Source: Candidatus Latescibacterota bacterium (GTDB lineage: Bacteria > Latescibacterota > UBA2968 > GCA-2709665). From it: a DNA stretch of 64,000 bases. The notes beneath the pieces were generated by a model, which had not been told where the DNA came from, ran no database searches, and saw only the letters and a list, made by a program, of their open reading frames with translations. Below, piece by piece: positions 50,501-59,985 of this stretch. Position 1 is the first letter of the stretch. The number at the start of each line of letters is the position of its first letter. Location of the stretch: NCBI GenBank assembly GCA_965248435.1, contig OZ252100.1, positions 288,001 to 352,000 of the forward strand, in the 5' to 3' direction. A program made the translations under genes and the position numbers.

Positions 50501-53274
50501 GCCTTCACCCTGGCGATCTCCTCGGGCGTCCCCGAAGCCACAACCTCACCGCCCTCCTCACCCCCTTCGGGGCCCAGGTCGATGATCCAGTCCGCCGTCT
50601 TGAGCACGTCCATGTTGTGTTCGATGACGATGACGCTGCTCCCACGATCGACCAGGTTCTGGAGCACGTTCAACAGGTTCTTTATGTCCTCGAAATGGAG
50701 CCCGGTAGTCGGCTCATCAAGAATATAAAGAGTTCGCTCTGTATTCCTGCGGCAGAGTTCTTTAGCCAGCTTTACCCTCTGGGCCTCGCCCCCGGACAGG
50801 GTCGGCGCGGGCTGCCCGAGGTGCACGTATCCCATCCCCACCTGAACGAGCACATCCAGCACCCGATGGATCGCCGGGATGTGCCTGAAAAAGCTCGCAG
50901 CCTCCTCTACCTCCATCTCCAGCACATCGGTGATGGAGGCCCCCTTGAATTGCACATCCAGCGTCGCCCGGTTGAATCGCCTACCCTCGCAGACCGGGCA
51001 GGTGACCCAGACATCGGCCAGAAAATCCATCTCGATCAGGTTCGCCCCGTTTCCCTTGCAGGCTTCACATCTCCCCCCCTTCACGTTGAAACTGAAGCGC
51101 CCGGGACGGTAGCCGCGCGCCTGCGCTTCCGGAAGCTTCGTGAACAGATCCCGAATGGGCGTGAACGCACCGGTGTAAGTCGCCGGATTGCTCCGCGGGG
51201 TCCGGCCGATCGGCTGCTGATCGATTTCGATGACCTTGTCCAGCTGCTTCTTTCCATCGATACGCCGGTAAAGGCCAGGCTGGGTATGCGCGCCGTTCAG
51301 GTCCCTGGCGAGCGCCCGGTAAAGGATTTCATCGATCAGGGAGCTTTTGCCCGAGCCGGAGACCCCCGTGACACAGGTAAAGACACCGAGCGGAATCTTC
51401 ACGTCGATGTTCCTTAGATTGTTCTGCCGCGCGCCCCGGATCGTCAGCCAACTTCGGCCCGTCTTCCGCCGATCCGGGACAGAAATCGCGCGCCTTCCCG
51501 ACAAATAGGCCCCCGTGATCGATTTGCGCGCCTTCGCCACCCGGTCTACCGATCCGGAGACCACGACCTCTCCGCCCAGATGTCCGGGACCCGGTCCAAA
51601 ATCGACGATCCGGTCTGCGCGACGCATTGTTTCTTCGTCGTGCTCCACGACGATCACCGAGTTCCCGGCGTCCCTCAGTCGACAGAGGGCATCCAGGAGC
51701 CGCCCGTTGTCTCGATGGTGCAGCCCGATCGAGGGCTCGTCCAACACGTAGGTCACTCCGACCAGGCCGCTGCCGATCTGTCCCGCAAGGCGGATTCGCT
51801 GCGCCTCGCCACCGGCCAGCGAGGGCGCCGTCCGATCCAGGGTCAGATAATCCAGGCCAACGTCCAGGAGGAATTTCAGGCGAGCCCGGATCTCTTTGAG
51901 GGCCTCCTCGGCGATCCGTTTCTGAACCGGGTCAAGCGTCAAACCCTCGAAGAAGGCACAGGCCTCCTCGATCGTCATCCCGGTGACCTCTGGCAGCGAC
52001 TTTCCCTCGATCTTGACGGCCAGGGCCTCTTCACATAGCCGGGCCCCCTCGCAGGTCGGACACAAGCCCGAGCTCATGTAGGGCGCCAACTTTCGTCTCA
52101 TGATCGGATTGCCGCCCTCTGCATATTTCCGCTCCATCGACGTCAGGATCCCCTCAAAGCTGTCTCGATGTCGATAGATGGGTCCGGTTCGCCGCTTCCA
52201 TTCGTATTCGATCTTCCCTGGAAGGCCGTAGAGCAGCTCCTGTCGACCTTTTGCGGGAATCTTCTTCCACGCGGTCCTGACGGTGGCCCCGTGCCGTTTG
52301 AGCACTCCCGCGTAGTAGTGGCGCTTCCACCGATTCCGGGGTACACCCAGGGGCACAACCGCCCCTTCCATAAGAGACAGTCCCTCGTCCGGAACCGCCA
52401 GCGAAGGATCGATTACGGTCTGTCTTCCCAGCCCGCGGCAAGTAGGGCACATCCCCTGAGGGCTGTTGAACGAGAACAGCTGAGGTGTGGGTTCGGTCGC
52501 GCTGAGCCCACAGTGCGTGCAGGAGAAGTTGGAACTCAGGAGAAGGTCATCCTGCATTTCGGGGCAGATGATGAGGGTCCCCTTCCCCAGCCCCAGCGCA
52601 GCGTCCACCGCCTCCCCGATCCTGGCCCGGGTATCGGGCCGGGCTTCGAGCCGGTCTACCACCACCTCGATGTCGTGACGGACATATCGCTCCAGGCGGG
52701 GCATCTGAGTCAGTTCTACAATCTTTCCATCCACCCGGGCGCGGATGTATCCCTCTCGCTGCAGGTCCTCGAATAGATCCAGGTACTCCCCTTTTCGACC
52801 TTGCACTAAGGGGGCCAGCACCAGGATCCGCTTTCCGTCACCAAGCGCCAGGACCCGATCCACCATGCTATCTCGAGTCGAAGCCCCGATCGGCCGTCCA
52901 CAGGACCTGCAATGAGGGGCTCCCACCCGGGCGAACAGGACACGAAGGTAGTCGTAGATCTCGGTGACCGTGCCCACCGTGGATCGTGGATTCCGTCCCG
53001 CCGTCTTCTGTTCGATAGAGATCGTGGGTGAGAGACCGGTGATCAGGTCTACGTCCGGCTTCTCCATCTGTCCCAGAAACTGTCTGGCATAAGCGGAAAG
53101 GGACTCGACGTAGCGCCGCTGCCCTTCTGCATAGATGGTGTCGAAAGCCAGCGAGGACTTTCCCGACCCGGAAACCCCTGTCAGACAGACCAGCTCGTTT
53201 CTGGGGAGTTTCAGGTCCACGTCCTTCAGGTTATGGACCCTTGCTCCCCGTATGGTGAGATGCCGCGTCTCCAT
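47539..53274 (-). CDS. uvrA: Excinuclease ABC subunit A, double-length (two UvrA units fused)
   Basis: Four GVSGSGK Walker A motifs, two EGQRRYVESLSAYARQFLGQ, four L[SA]GGEAQR, zinc fingers. Confidence 0.95.
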   Translation of the reverse strand: METRHLTIRGARVHNLKDVDLKLPRNELVCLTGVSGSGKSSLAFDTIYAEGQRRYVESLSAYARQFLGQMEKPDVDLITGLSPTISIEQKTAGRNPRSTVGTVTEIYDYLRVLFARVGAPHCRSCGRPIGASTRDSMVDRVLALGDGKRILVLAPLVQGRKGEYLDLFEDLQREGYIRARVDGKIVELTQMPRLERYVRHDIEVVVDRLEARPDTRARIGEAVDAALGLGKGTLIICPEMQDDLLLSSNFSCTHCGLSATEPTPQLFSFNSPQGMCPTCRGLGRQTVIDPSLAVPDEGLSLMEGAVVPLGVPRNRWKRHYYAGVLKRHGATVRTAWKKIPAKGRQELLYGLPGKIEYEWKRRTGPIYRHRDSFEGILTSMERKYAEGGNPIMRRKLAPYMSSGLCPTCEGARLCEEALAVKIEGKSLPEVTGMTIEEACAFFEGLTLDPVQKRIAEEALKEIRARLKFLLDVGLDYLTLDRTAPSLAGGEAQRIRLAGQIGSGLVGVTYVLDEPSIGLHHRDNGRLLDALCRLRDAGNSVIVVEHDEETMRRADRIVDFGPGPGHLGGEVVVSGSVDRVAKARKSITGAYLSGRRAISVPDRRKTGRSWLTIRGARQNNLRNIDVKIPLGVFTCVTGVSGSGKSSLIDEILYRALARDLNGAHTQPGLYRRIDGKKQLDKVIEIDQQPIGRTPRSNPATYTGAFTPIRDLFTKLPEAQARGYRPGRFSFNVKGGRCEACKGNGANLIEMDFLADVWVTCPVCEGRRFNRATLDVQFKGASITDVLEMEVEEAASFFRHIPAIHRVLDVLVQVGMGYVHLGQPAPTLSGGEAQRVKLAKELCRRNTERTLYILDEPTTGLHFEDIKNLLNVLQNLVDRGSSVIVIEHNMDVLKTADWIIDLGPEGGEEGGEVVASGTPEEIARVKASHTGQALCPVLNGRAIGNGRARGNGAADSRKKTRRLDERIREIEVLGAREHNLKNVDVKIPREKMTVVSGVSGSGKTSLALDTVFAEGQRRYVESLSAYARQFLGQAQKPRVDRVVGLSPAISIEQKAASKNPRSTVGTITEVYDYLRALFGMLGAVVCPECDVEAGAQSAQEIVDRILEIPEGRRLYLLAPRTPGRGEDYPTLIERARRKGFVRGRLDGVVFDLEDPIEIDHRLTHRFEVLVDRIKTGEQDRKRIADSTEMALDLSGGIVVVASPDDEAESRFSQHLSCPSCGGSFEELTPQRLSFNSPDGWCPACEGLGTQRGMGRNTLIPNSRLSVNEGAVLPWGRPSGQLLDLLKAVSREAGFGLDSPISDLPGQALEALLYGLGDRWLEVPGGLKLQYKGLFPTVEGLVRLSTGFRREMGELVQDVACPACRGSRLHPESAAVRFRGRTLPETTDLPIEETRSWFHAMALSARDQQAAGEVIQEIQTRLTFLNEVGLGYLSLSRRAPTLSGGEAQRIRLASQIGSGLTGVLYVLDEPTIGLHQRDNRRLLAALKRLRDLGNTLLVVEHDRETLEAADHILDFGPGAGSQGGTMVAEGRPKRLGLRGGSLTARYLKGRLGIDVPESRRPADQETLVVKGARQNNLKDLTVAFPLSTFTCVTGVSGSGKSSLVNDVLFGALATKVNRAHQAWGEHDEVTGLEQVDKVIDIDQAPIGFTPRSNPATYVKAFDAIRQLYSQLPDAKVKGYQAGQFSFNSRKGRCEACEGLGSRCIEMHFLPDVWVTCEVCDGKRYNRDVLDVLYKGRSIADVLDMTLSEALAIFGNVPRVQRPLKTLDDVGLGYLKLGQASTTLSGGEAQRVKLAKELSRPNTGRTVYLLDEPTTGLHVADIQRLLDVLNWLVDAGNTVIVIEHNLDVIKTADWVIDLGPEGGEEGGFIVASGTPEEVAESPESHTGRFLKELLPPRPAVRRRSRNKRQAELVLP

Positions 53275-53540
53275 ATCGCCCTGAGCTGCCTGAGATCAAC
53301 TGTATGGGAGGTGTTTGCTGACACCTGGAGGAATGAAGCTGGAGGAGGAGAGACAAAAACAAATATAGTATTCAAATGTTCAGATATCAAGGGCAAACAG
53401 GTGCGCGGCCGCGTGCTGTTCGCTCGAGTTATTTCTTGAAAGAACTTGTCTCCAGGGCCTCCTGCCCCTATATTATTTTTGCATTCATCGTGAGTGTTTC
53501 GTTTGCCTTCTTTTCGTATCTATCAACATCTACGGAAGTT

Positions 53541-54638
53541 ATGTCTGCTACAGCCGCTTCCAAAAAGGTCCTGATCGTCGATGATGAAGAGCCCGTCGTC
53601 GAATTGATCAGCGATATCTTAAGGAAATACAACTACGAGCCGATTCCGGCCACCCGGTGGACGGACGCGATAGACGTCATCGGCAACCAGCAGCCCGACC
53701 TGATCCTGCTGGACTTGAAGATGCCGACAATAGACGGCCCATCCATGCTCGAATTCATCAGAGGACAAGGATGTTCACTCCCGGTGATCATCGTTTCCGG
53801 CTACATCAATGACCAGGTGGCAAAGGATCTTTCAAAATTCCAGGTGAGCGGATTTATCCGTAAACCGTTCCAGGTCGCAAAACTAAAAGAGGAAATCGAT
53901 CGCGTGCTTGGCGTCGAACCGGAGTTGCTCAGGGATACCGCGTCGTCTGACGGCACTGATGCGGTCGCGGGGCCGGCTGAACTACAGGGCAAGTCCTCCG
54001 TCGACCTCCTCTATTCCAGTCCGCCCTCTCGCGCACCCGAGCCGGAATCCGCGCCGACCGCAGGATCGAGTGACGACGAAGTCCTCAAGGCCCTTCAGAG
54101 TCATACCTCCGGTTCAGGCAGCGCAAAGCCCCCTCCTCAGACGCCTGCGCCGGCCGGGCCGGCCGAAAAGGATGATGCGAACATCTTGAAGGCCCTGCAG
54201 AAGTCTACAGCTCCAACGACTCACCCACCGCAGAAGGAGGCTCCTGCCCCCCTATCACAAGCCCCAAAAGCTCAGGAAACTCGGGAGCCGGTCAGCCAGG
54301 TGAGTCCCACGCTTCCCCCGACGGATTCGCGGCCGCCTGTCCAGGATGGTGTGGTCGGTCAACCGCCGCCCCTGGAACACGCGCGAATCCAACAAGGGCA
54401 TGGACATCATCAAGGGCACCGCACCCGACGAAAGGTTCGCTCGAAAGGAGCCATGCGCCGCAACCTCATCTACATGGGGATTATCACCCTGCTCTGCGTT
54501 GGCGTGGCCGGTTTCCTCGCCCTGATGCAGCATTACGCTTCTCAGGTCGATTTCGAGGAGATCAAGACGAATGCGGAGAAGTCGATGAGCAAGCAGGTCA
54601 AGGAACAGCTTATGGAGGAGTTCAGAAAAGGGAAGTAG
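53541..54638 (+). CDS. Response regulator with a Pro-rich linker and C-terminal TM helix
   Basis: VLIVDDE, LILLDLKMP, RKPF, then a low-complexity region and a hydrophobic segment. Confidence 0.75.
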   Translation: MSATAASKKVLIVDDEEPVVELISDILRKYNYEPIPATRWTDAIDVIGNQQPDLILLDLKMPTIDGPSMLEFIRGQGCSLPVIIVSGYINDQVAKDLSKFQVSGFIRKPFQVAKLKEEIDRVLGVEPELLRDTASSDGTDAVAGPAELQGKSSVDLLYSSPPSRAPEPESAPTAGSSDDEVLKALQSHTSGSGSAKPPPQTPAPAGPAEKDDANILKALQKSTAPTTHPPQKEAPAPLSQAPKAQETREPVSQVSPTLPPTDSRPPVQDGVVGQPPPLEHARIQQGHGHHQGHRTRRKVRSKGAMRRNLIYMGIITLLCVGVAGFLALMQHYASQVDFEEIKTNAEKSMSKQVKEQLMEEFRKGK

Positions 54639-54715
54639 GCCTCTAACTCATTAGCTGGTCGAATCGAGCGCCGCCGACAGTTCACGTTGGGGGCGCTTTA
54701 CTCTGAGAGGATCCT

Positions 54716-55771
54716 TTGTCCAGATTCAAGGTCGGGATTATCGGCTGCGGCAGGCCGCATCGAGACGAAGCTGCCACGGGATCCGGGATGGCCCACCTGC
54801 ACGCTGCGGGCTATGAAGCCTGCCCCGATACGGAGATCGTGGCCGTCGCGGACATCAAGCGGGAAAATGGTGACGCCTTCGCCGAGGAGCATCAGGTCCC
54901 TCGCGTCTATGAAGACTATAACGACATGCTTAAACGCGAGGATCTGGACATCGTCAGCGTCTGTCTCTGGATAGCCCTTCACGCGCCCGCCGTGAACGAC
55001 ATCGCCGGTTCCGGAGTCAGGGCGATCCACTGCGAGAAACCCATGGCCCCCACCTTCGGAGAGGCCCGTTCCATGGTCGAAGTGTGCAGCACCCGTGGTG
55101 TTCAGCTCACGTTCAACCATCAGAGACGATTCGGGGGCACCTACCGAGAGGCAAGAACCCTTGCACAGAGCGGCGCCATCGGAGATATGATCAGGTTGGA
55201 AGGCTACTGCCCAGACATCATCGATTGGGGCACGCACTGGGTCGACATGATGTTCTTCTACAATGATGAGGCGCCCGCTGACTGGGTCATGGGCCAGATC
55301 GATGCTCGAGAGGAAAAGAGCATCTTCGGTCTGCCGCTCGAGCGTCAGGCCATCGGTTCCATTCGATGGAAGAATGGCGTGCAGGGTCTGCTTGAAACGG
55401 GCACATCAGGTAGGCGCTGCTTGAACAGAATCCTGGGGTCGGAGGGCGTGATCGAGATCGGCGTCACAGACGGTCCAGCCTTGCGCTACCTCGGACCTGG
55501 CACGAACGGATGGATCATCCCCGAAATCGATTCGGGTCTGCACGGAAGCGAACTGGTCACGGACGGTATTCTCGACCTGGTAGATGCACTTGGTGCTGGC
55601 CGAGAACCCGAGCTTGACGCGAAGAAGGCGCTTCAAGCCACCGAGGTCATCTTCGCCATCTACGAATCCAGTCGCAGACGGGCGCGCATCGACCTGCCCC
55701 TGACTATTGACGACTCCCCATTTCTGGATATGCTGGAAAGAGGAGAGATCGGTCCAGGCCGAACGGATTGA
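54716..55771 (+). CDS. Gfo/Idh/MocA family oxidoreductase
   Basis: VGIIGCG, CEKPMA, NHQRRF, DWGTH. Confidence 0.9.
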   Translation: MSRFKVGIIGCGRPHRDEAATGSGMAHLHAAGYEACPDTEIVAVADIKRENGDAFAEEHQVPRVYEDYNDMLKREDLDIVSVCLWIALHAPAVNDIAGSGVRAIHCEKPMAPTFGEARSMVEVCSTRGVQLTFNHQRRFGGTYREARTLAQSGAIGDMIRLEGYCPDIIDWGTHWVDMMFFYNDEAPADWVMGQIDAREEKSIFGLPLERQAIGSIRWKNGVQGLLETGTSGRRCLNRILGSEGVIEIGVTDGPALRYLGPGTNGWIIPEIDSGLHGSELVTDGILDLVDALGAGREPELDAKKALQATEVIFAIYESSRRRARIDLPLTIDDSPFLDMLERGEIGPGRTD

Positions 55772-55795
55772 TGCGTCGCGCTTTCGGAAACCAAA

Positions 55796-55923
55796 TTTGT
55801 CATTCCGAGGAGCCCTCGGGCGACGAGGAATCTCAACACTGTTGTACTCACTGGATACTTGCATTGACCTAGCGACTGCTAAGTTGCCCGTTGAGATTCC
55901 TCGCTGACGCTCGGAATGACAAA
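55796..55923. repeat. Bipartite inverted-repeat doublet (GTCATTCCG-type REP-like element)
   Basis: TTTGTCATTCCGAG..CGAGGAATCTCAAC (55796-55837) pairs with GTTGAGATTCCTCG..CTCGGAATGACAAA (55890-55923). Confidence 0.8.
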
Positions 55924-56033
55924 CGGGCTGAGGGATTTAGTGATGCATCAAGCCTCAGGGTGAAACTCTTCACCTCAGAAGAGCTTTGCTGGGTAACCAG
56001 GAATCCCAAGACAATTACTCACCGAATCCCTCG

Positions 56034-56336
56034 ATGAAAGAACATCAGTATTACGTTTACATCCTTACCAATAAATCGCGAACACTTTACACGGGTGTGA
56101 CGGGTGATCTCAGAAGACGCATTCACGAGCATAGAAACCACTCACGCCCTGGTTTTACCGCTAGGTACAACGTAACCCAGCTCGTCTACTTTGAGTCGAC
56201 CCAGGACGTTATGGCAGCGCTTGCTCGCGAAAAGCAGATCAAGAGCTGGAGGCGCTCGAAGAAGGTTTGTTTGATCGAGTCGACGAATCCGCAATGGAAA
56301 GACCTGAGCGCCGAGTGGTCTGATGATTTCTTATAG
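56034..56336 (+). CDS. GIY-YIG nuclease (UPF0213 type)
   Basis: YYVYIL...LYTGVT.DL.RRI.EH, AREKQIKSWRR.KK..LIE..NP.W.DL. Confidence 0.9.
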   Translation: MKEHQYYVYILTNKSRTLYTGVTGDLRRRIHEHRNHSRPGFTARYNVTQLVYFESTQDVMAALAREKQIKSWRRSKKVCLIESTNPQWKDLSAEWSDDFL

Positions 56337-56390
56337 TAGCCGTTTTGTAAGGACCGTTTTCGCCGTGCATCATCCTCAAGACAGCCCAAT

Positions 56391-56424
56391 TTGGCCTTCC
56401 AAGGAGCCCCCGGCGACGAGGAAT
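56391..56424 (+). repeat. Degenerate copy of the left arm of the 55796 repeat
   Basis: TTGGCCTTCCAAGGAGCCCCCGGCGACGAGGAAT versus TTGTCATTCCGAGGAGCCCTCGGGCGACGAGGAAT. Confidence 0.65.
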
Positions 56425-56434
56425 GAAAGGTAGA

Positions 56435-57265
56435 CTACTGCTTCACGAAGGTGAACGTCCCAAGGCGGGGTGTACCCGAGCCGAACGGGCTCGACTGGAT
56501 CCTTGAAATGCCTTGAGGAGGGTCGGTCACGGAATCCTCTGAGGTATAGGTGACGCCGCTGTCGGTGCCGGCATCATAGGCGTGGAGATCCACGGCCAGG
56601 AAATCCAGGAAGGCTCCTGCCGCGAACAGGTTGATCCCCGACACACCGACGAACCAGTCGGGGCTGGGCGCAATCATGCTAACGAGAGTCACCCGGGGAT
56701 GCGACTCGCTGATCTCAAACGTCAAACTCACTGACCCGGGCGATTCACCCAATCCAGACCCGGAGAGTCGGAGCTCAGCTGTCCCCGCGTCGATGGCCGT
56801 GTTTACTTCCGTCGTCAGCAGTCCGGTTGCACCGAACTCGGCCATATCCTTGATGCCGGCCGTGGCGAGCCCACCTGCCTGCCAGAAGATGACCTCCGAA
56901 TTATGCGTGGACCCGATCAGGGCGGAGAAGTGGGCGCTGGAACTCGGAAAGTTATCGGGATGCGTCTCCGCGCTCCACGCGCTTTCGAATGTGACCTCAA
57001 ACGTAGCTGTTTCCTTGGGAGGTTCGGTGTTCCCGCCGAACTCGATCGCAAACAGGACAAAGTCCAGAAAGTTTACATCTCCGTTTCCATCCAGGTCGAC
57101 TGTGAGATCTGAATTCCCGAACCCGACCGCAAATTCCACAAAATCGAAGAAATTGATGACGCCATCCCCGGTAAAATCGATATCCACCGTCGATTGGGCA
57201 CGCATCAAAGTCGGAATCATCGTTAGTTGCAGCGCAAGGCCAAATGCGATGAAATGCTTCGCCAT
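56435..57265 (-). CDS. Secreted Spondin_N domain protein with an N-terminal EF-hand dockerin-like domain
   Basis: DFTGDGVINFFDF..DLDGNGDVNFLDF, then HFS.LIG.TH, SMIAPSPDWFVG, YDAGTDSG. Confidence 0.85.
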   Translation of the reverse strand: MAKHFIAFGLALQLTMIPTLMRAQSTVDIDFTGDGVINFFDFVEFAVGFGNSDLTVDLDGNGDVNFLDFVLFAIEFGGNTEPPKETATFEVTFESAWSAETHPDNFPSSSAHFSALIGSTHNSEVIFWQAGGLATAGIKDMAEFGATGLLTTEVNTAIDAGTAELRLSGSGLGESPGSVSLTFEISESHPRVTLVSMIAPSPDWFVGVSGINLFAAGAFLDFLAVDLHAYDAGTDSGVTYTSEDSVTDPPQGISRIQSSPFGSGTPRLGTFTFVKQ

Positions 57266-57356
57266 CGATTTCCTCCTTTTCTCTTCCCCGGCCTTCGTAA
57301 CTAAGTCAAATCTATTTGAATAGATTGACAAAGGCAATCAGGAAACGTGCCGACTT

Positions 57357-57734
57357 ATGGCCGAGGACTATCTCTTCATTTACGGCACGCTTCGCAAGAA
57401 AGCGGGCCACCCGATCCATCGCACGCTGGAGGAAGGCGGCAGATTCGTGGGCGAGGCCACCTTCCAGGGAAGACTGTATGACTTAGGTTCGTACCCCGGC
57501 GTGGTGCCTTCCGAGAACAGTGGAGAAATTGTCACAGGCGAGCTCTACGCGGTGATGCGTCCCGACATCCTCAGACAACTGGACGGCTATGAAGGCGGTG
57601 AATACAGGAGGGAGCGGCACAGGATCGGACTCGCGGGTGCCAATTCGATCGAGGCGTGGATCTACATCTTTGTCGCGTCTACCGACGGAGCGAGGCTCGT
57701 TCCTTCAGGCGACTATCTGAGCTCAAATGAATAG
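57357..57734 (+). CDS. Gamma-glutamylcyclotransferase family protein
   Basis: FIYGTLR, LYDLGSYPG, LDGYEG. Confidence 0.85.
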   Translation: MAEDYLFIYGTLRKKAGHPIHRTLEEGGRFVGEATFQGRLYDLGSYPGVVPSENSGEIVTGELYAVMRPDILRQLDGYEGGEYRRERHRIGLAGANSIEAWIYIFVASTDGARLVPSGDYLSSNE

Positions 57735-59985
57735 CGGGTCGAAACGCCTTTTTCCTATCCTCGCCTTCGGCATCCCGTTCTGTGTCTACGCGTGGACGAT
57801 GGCCGACAGCTGGGCGCTGGACACGATCTACGCGATCGACGGGGCCGAGATGATCATCGCCTCTCACACCCTCGGGATCGATCATCCGCCAGGCCATCCT
57901 CTATACCTTATTATATCACATCTGTTCTCGCGGCTCCCTTTCGCCTCTCCTGACGGCGGGGTCGTCTTCACCTCGGTCCTGTTCGGGGCCCTGGCAGCGC
58001 TCTTCCTGGGCCTTGCCGTTCGGGAGCGGACCCACAGCGCGCCGGCTGCCCTCGGCGCCGCCTGGATCTTCGCGTTCGGTTTCATCGCCTGGATCCACGC
58101 CACGATCGCGGAGGTCTACGCGCTCCAGCTTGCGTTCCTGGGGCTCTATGTCTATTCGACGATACGGTGGCTGCGCACCCGGGACGCTCGATCACTTTAC
58201 CTCCTCGCCTTTACCCTCGGTCTCGGTGCAACCACGAACATCCTCCTCGCAGCCCTCCTCGTTCCCTCCTTCCTCTACGTCATCCTGCGAAGCGGAGCCA
58301 TCATCGATGCAGGCGGGTTGAAGGCGAAACAGATATTCTCTACTCTGTCGTGGGGCCTGCTCGGGCTGACCCCCTTTCTCTACATCCCGATCCGCCTGGC
58401 CCAGTACCGGGGTTTCATCAGCGACTTTGTCTTCCTCAGCGGTTACGAGGTGCTTTCCCTCAGGTGGGCCTGGTGGTACTTCTCCGCCGAAGAGTTTACG
58501 ACCACAAACCTGTTCGGCGTCTCCTTGAGCCGCTATCCCGATCTGATCCTGACCTACCTCCGATCCTGCAGCACGAACTTCTCTCCCCTGCTTCCGATTC
58601 TGGCCGCTGCCGGCGTGATTATGGCGATGTCGACTCGCCTCAGTTCGATCCGAACGCTCCCGGCAGCGATGGACAATCGCCCGCGTGCGGAACGTCGAAA
58701 GCGGGGGCGCGAAGCAAGGCAATCTGGCAGTCGGTCCGGGCTGTTGCAGTCGCTGCTCACTCGTCCAGATGACGACACGATCTTGGACGCCGCGCTGATC
58801 ATCGCCTTCATCTGCACACTCCTACCCGTCCTCTCCTACGATGTCGCCGATCGAGACGTCTTCTTTCTGCCCTCCTTCTTTTTCTTGGCCGCACTCGGCG
58901 GACACGGCCTTGCCTATCCGTTGCAGGCGATCGAGCGACGGCAGCCTGACCGCCTGAAAGGCGGTGTGCCATACGTGATCGCTGCGGCCCTGCCCATCTT
59001 CCTCCTCTTGAGCCACTTCCCGGAGGTCACCCGCATCACCGGGGATCCGACGCGATATGGCGAGCGCCTCGAGCGCTTCAAAAAGCTGCCCGAAGGGGCG
59101 TTCATCATCGCGGAAGACGACGGCCGTGGGACGCGATACAAATATTTTCAGCTCGTTCATGGCCTCCGTCCCGACGTCACGATCGAAACGATGGGGCGGC
59201 TCGCACCCCGCTTCAGGGGGGAGATCAGTCTGGACCGAAAGGCGGAGGACCTCGGTGATCTGAGTGTGGGTCTGAACGTGTCGGACCGGCTGAAGATCCT
59301 GAAAGGTCTGTTCGAAGCGGCTCCGGATCGACCAACCTATGCGGTCCTGGATGACAGAATGCCGCCCGAGTTCGATCATTTCAGGACGGTGCGCTCCCCG
59401 ATCGATCCTTACCTCCTGGAGATCACACCCAAGCCACCGCCAGAAAGATCGATCGAGTCGCCTTCGCTCGATGTCGCGGCTCAGGGACGTTACTTTGAGG
59501 GGCTGCGCTTCGTGGGTTTCGGAATAGAGAGCCTGGACCAAGGCGATTCCAGGACGTTTGCCAGGCCGATGCGGCTCGGCGAGGGGTTTGTAGATGGCGT
59601 GATCAAGCGTGGCGAGCTTTTCGAGCTCTGTTTCGCGGTGCAACGACGCGGACCTGCACGCAGCAAGCTATTCGGCGAATTCGCCTTCGTGAACGAGCGA
59701 ATGGAGATCCCGACGGCGCACGGATTTTCTGCGTTCAAAAACGTCGAGGTCGTTCCCGAAGACCTGCCTCAGGATGCGTATTACAAGGACCGGTTCATCT
59801 TCAAGATCCCGGGAACGATTCAGGCCGGATTGTATACGCTCGCTGTTCGCGTCAGTCGATCGTCTGGGAAGGTCCAGGGTACGTATAAAGGAAGACCGGT
59901 GCGGACCCTCACCCCGGTTCGGATGACGCAGTCCTGGAAGGGGCAGTTCGATTACCGTCCTCTGGGGAAGATTTGGGTGGAATGA
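57727..59985 (+). CDS. DUF2723/TMEM260-like membrane glycosyltransferase
   Basis: DGAE....LGIDHPPGHPLY, AEVY, multiple TM segments. Confidence 0.75.
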   Translation: MNSGSKRLFPILAFGIPFCVYAWTMADSWALDTIYAIDGAEMIIASHTLGIDHPPGHPLYLIISHLFSRLPFASPDGGVVFTSVLFGALAALFLGLAVRERTHSAPAALGAAWIFAFGFIAWIHATIAEVYALQLAFLGLYVYSTIRWLRTRDARSLYLLAFTLGLGATTNILLAALLVPSFLYVILRSGAIIDAGGLKAKQIFSTLSWGLLGLTPFLYIPIRLAQYRGFISDFVFLSGYEVLSLRWAWWYFSAEEFTTTNLFGVSLSRYPDLILTYLRSCSTNFSPLLPILAAAGVIMAMSTRLSSIRTLPAAMDNRPRAERRKRGREARQSGSRSGLLQSLLTRPDDDTILDAALIIAFICTLLPVLSYDVADRDVFFLPSFFFLAALGGHGLAYPLQAIERRQPDRLKGGVPYVIAAALPIFLLLSHFPEVTRITGDPTRYGERLERFKKLPEGAFIIAEDDGRGTRYKYFQLVHGLRPDVTIETMGRLAPRFRGEISLDRKAEDLGDLSVGLNVSDRLKILKGLFEAAPDRPTYAVLDDRMPPEFDHFRTVRSPIDPYLLEITPKPPPERSIESPSLDVAAQGRYFEGLRFVGFGIESLDQGDSRTFARPMRLGEGFVDGVIKRGELFELCFAVQRRGPARSKLFGEFAFVNERMEIPTAHGFSAFKNVEVVPEDLPQDAYYKDRFIFKIPGTIQAGLYTLAVRVSRSSGKVQGTYKGRPVRTLTPVRMTQSWKGQFDYRPLGKIWVE

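Noticed and set aside
47567-52776. Long plus-strand ORFs opposite uvrA (and similar antisense ORFs elsewhere)
   Set aside because: Expected antisense open frames in GC-rich coding DNA, with no recognisable motifs.
55796-55923. Integron attC site or plain terminator
   Set aside because: No integrase or clear RYYYAAC/GTTRRRY ends. The long bipartite arms and an extra decayed copy fit a REP-like repeat better.
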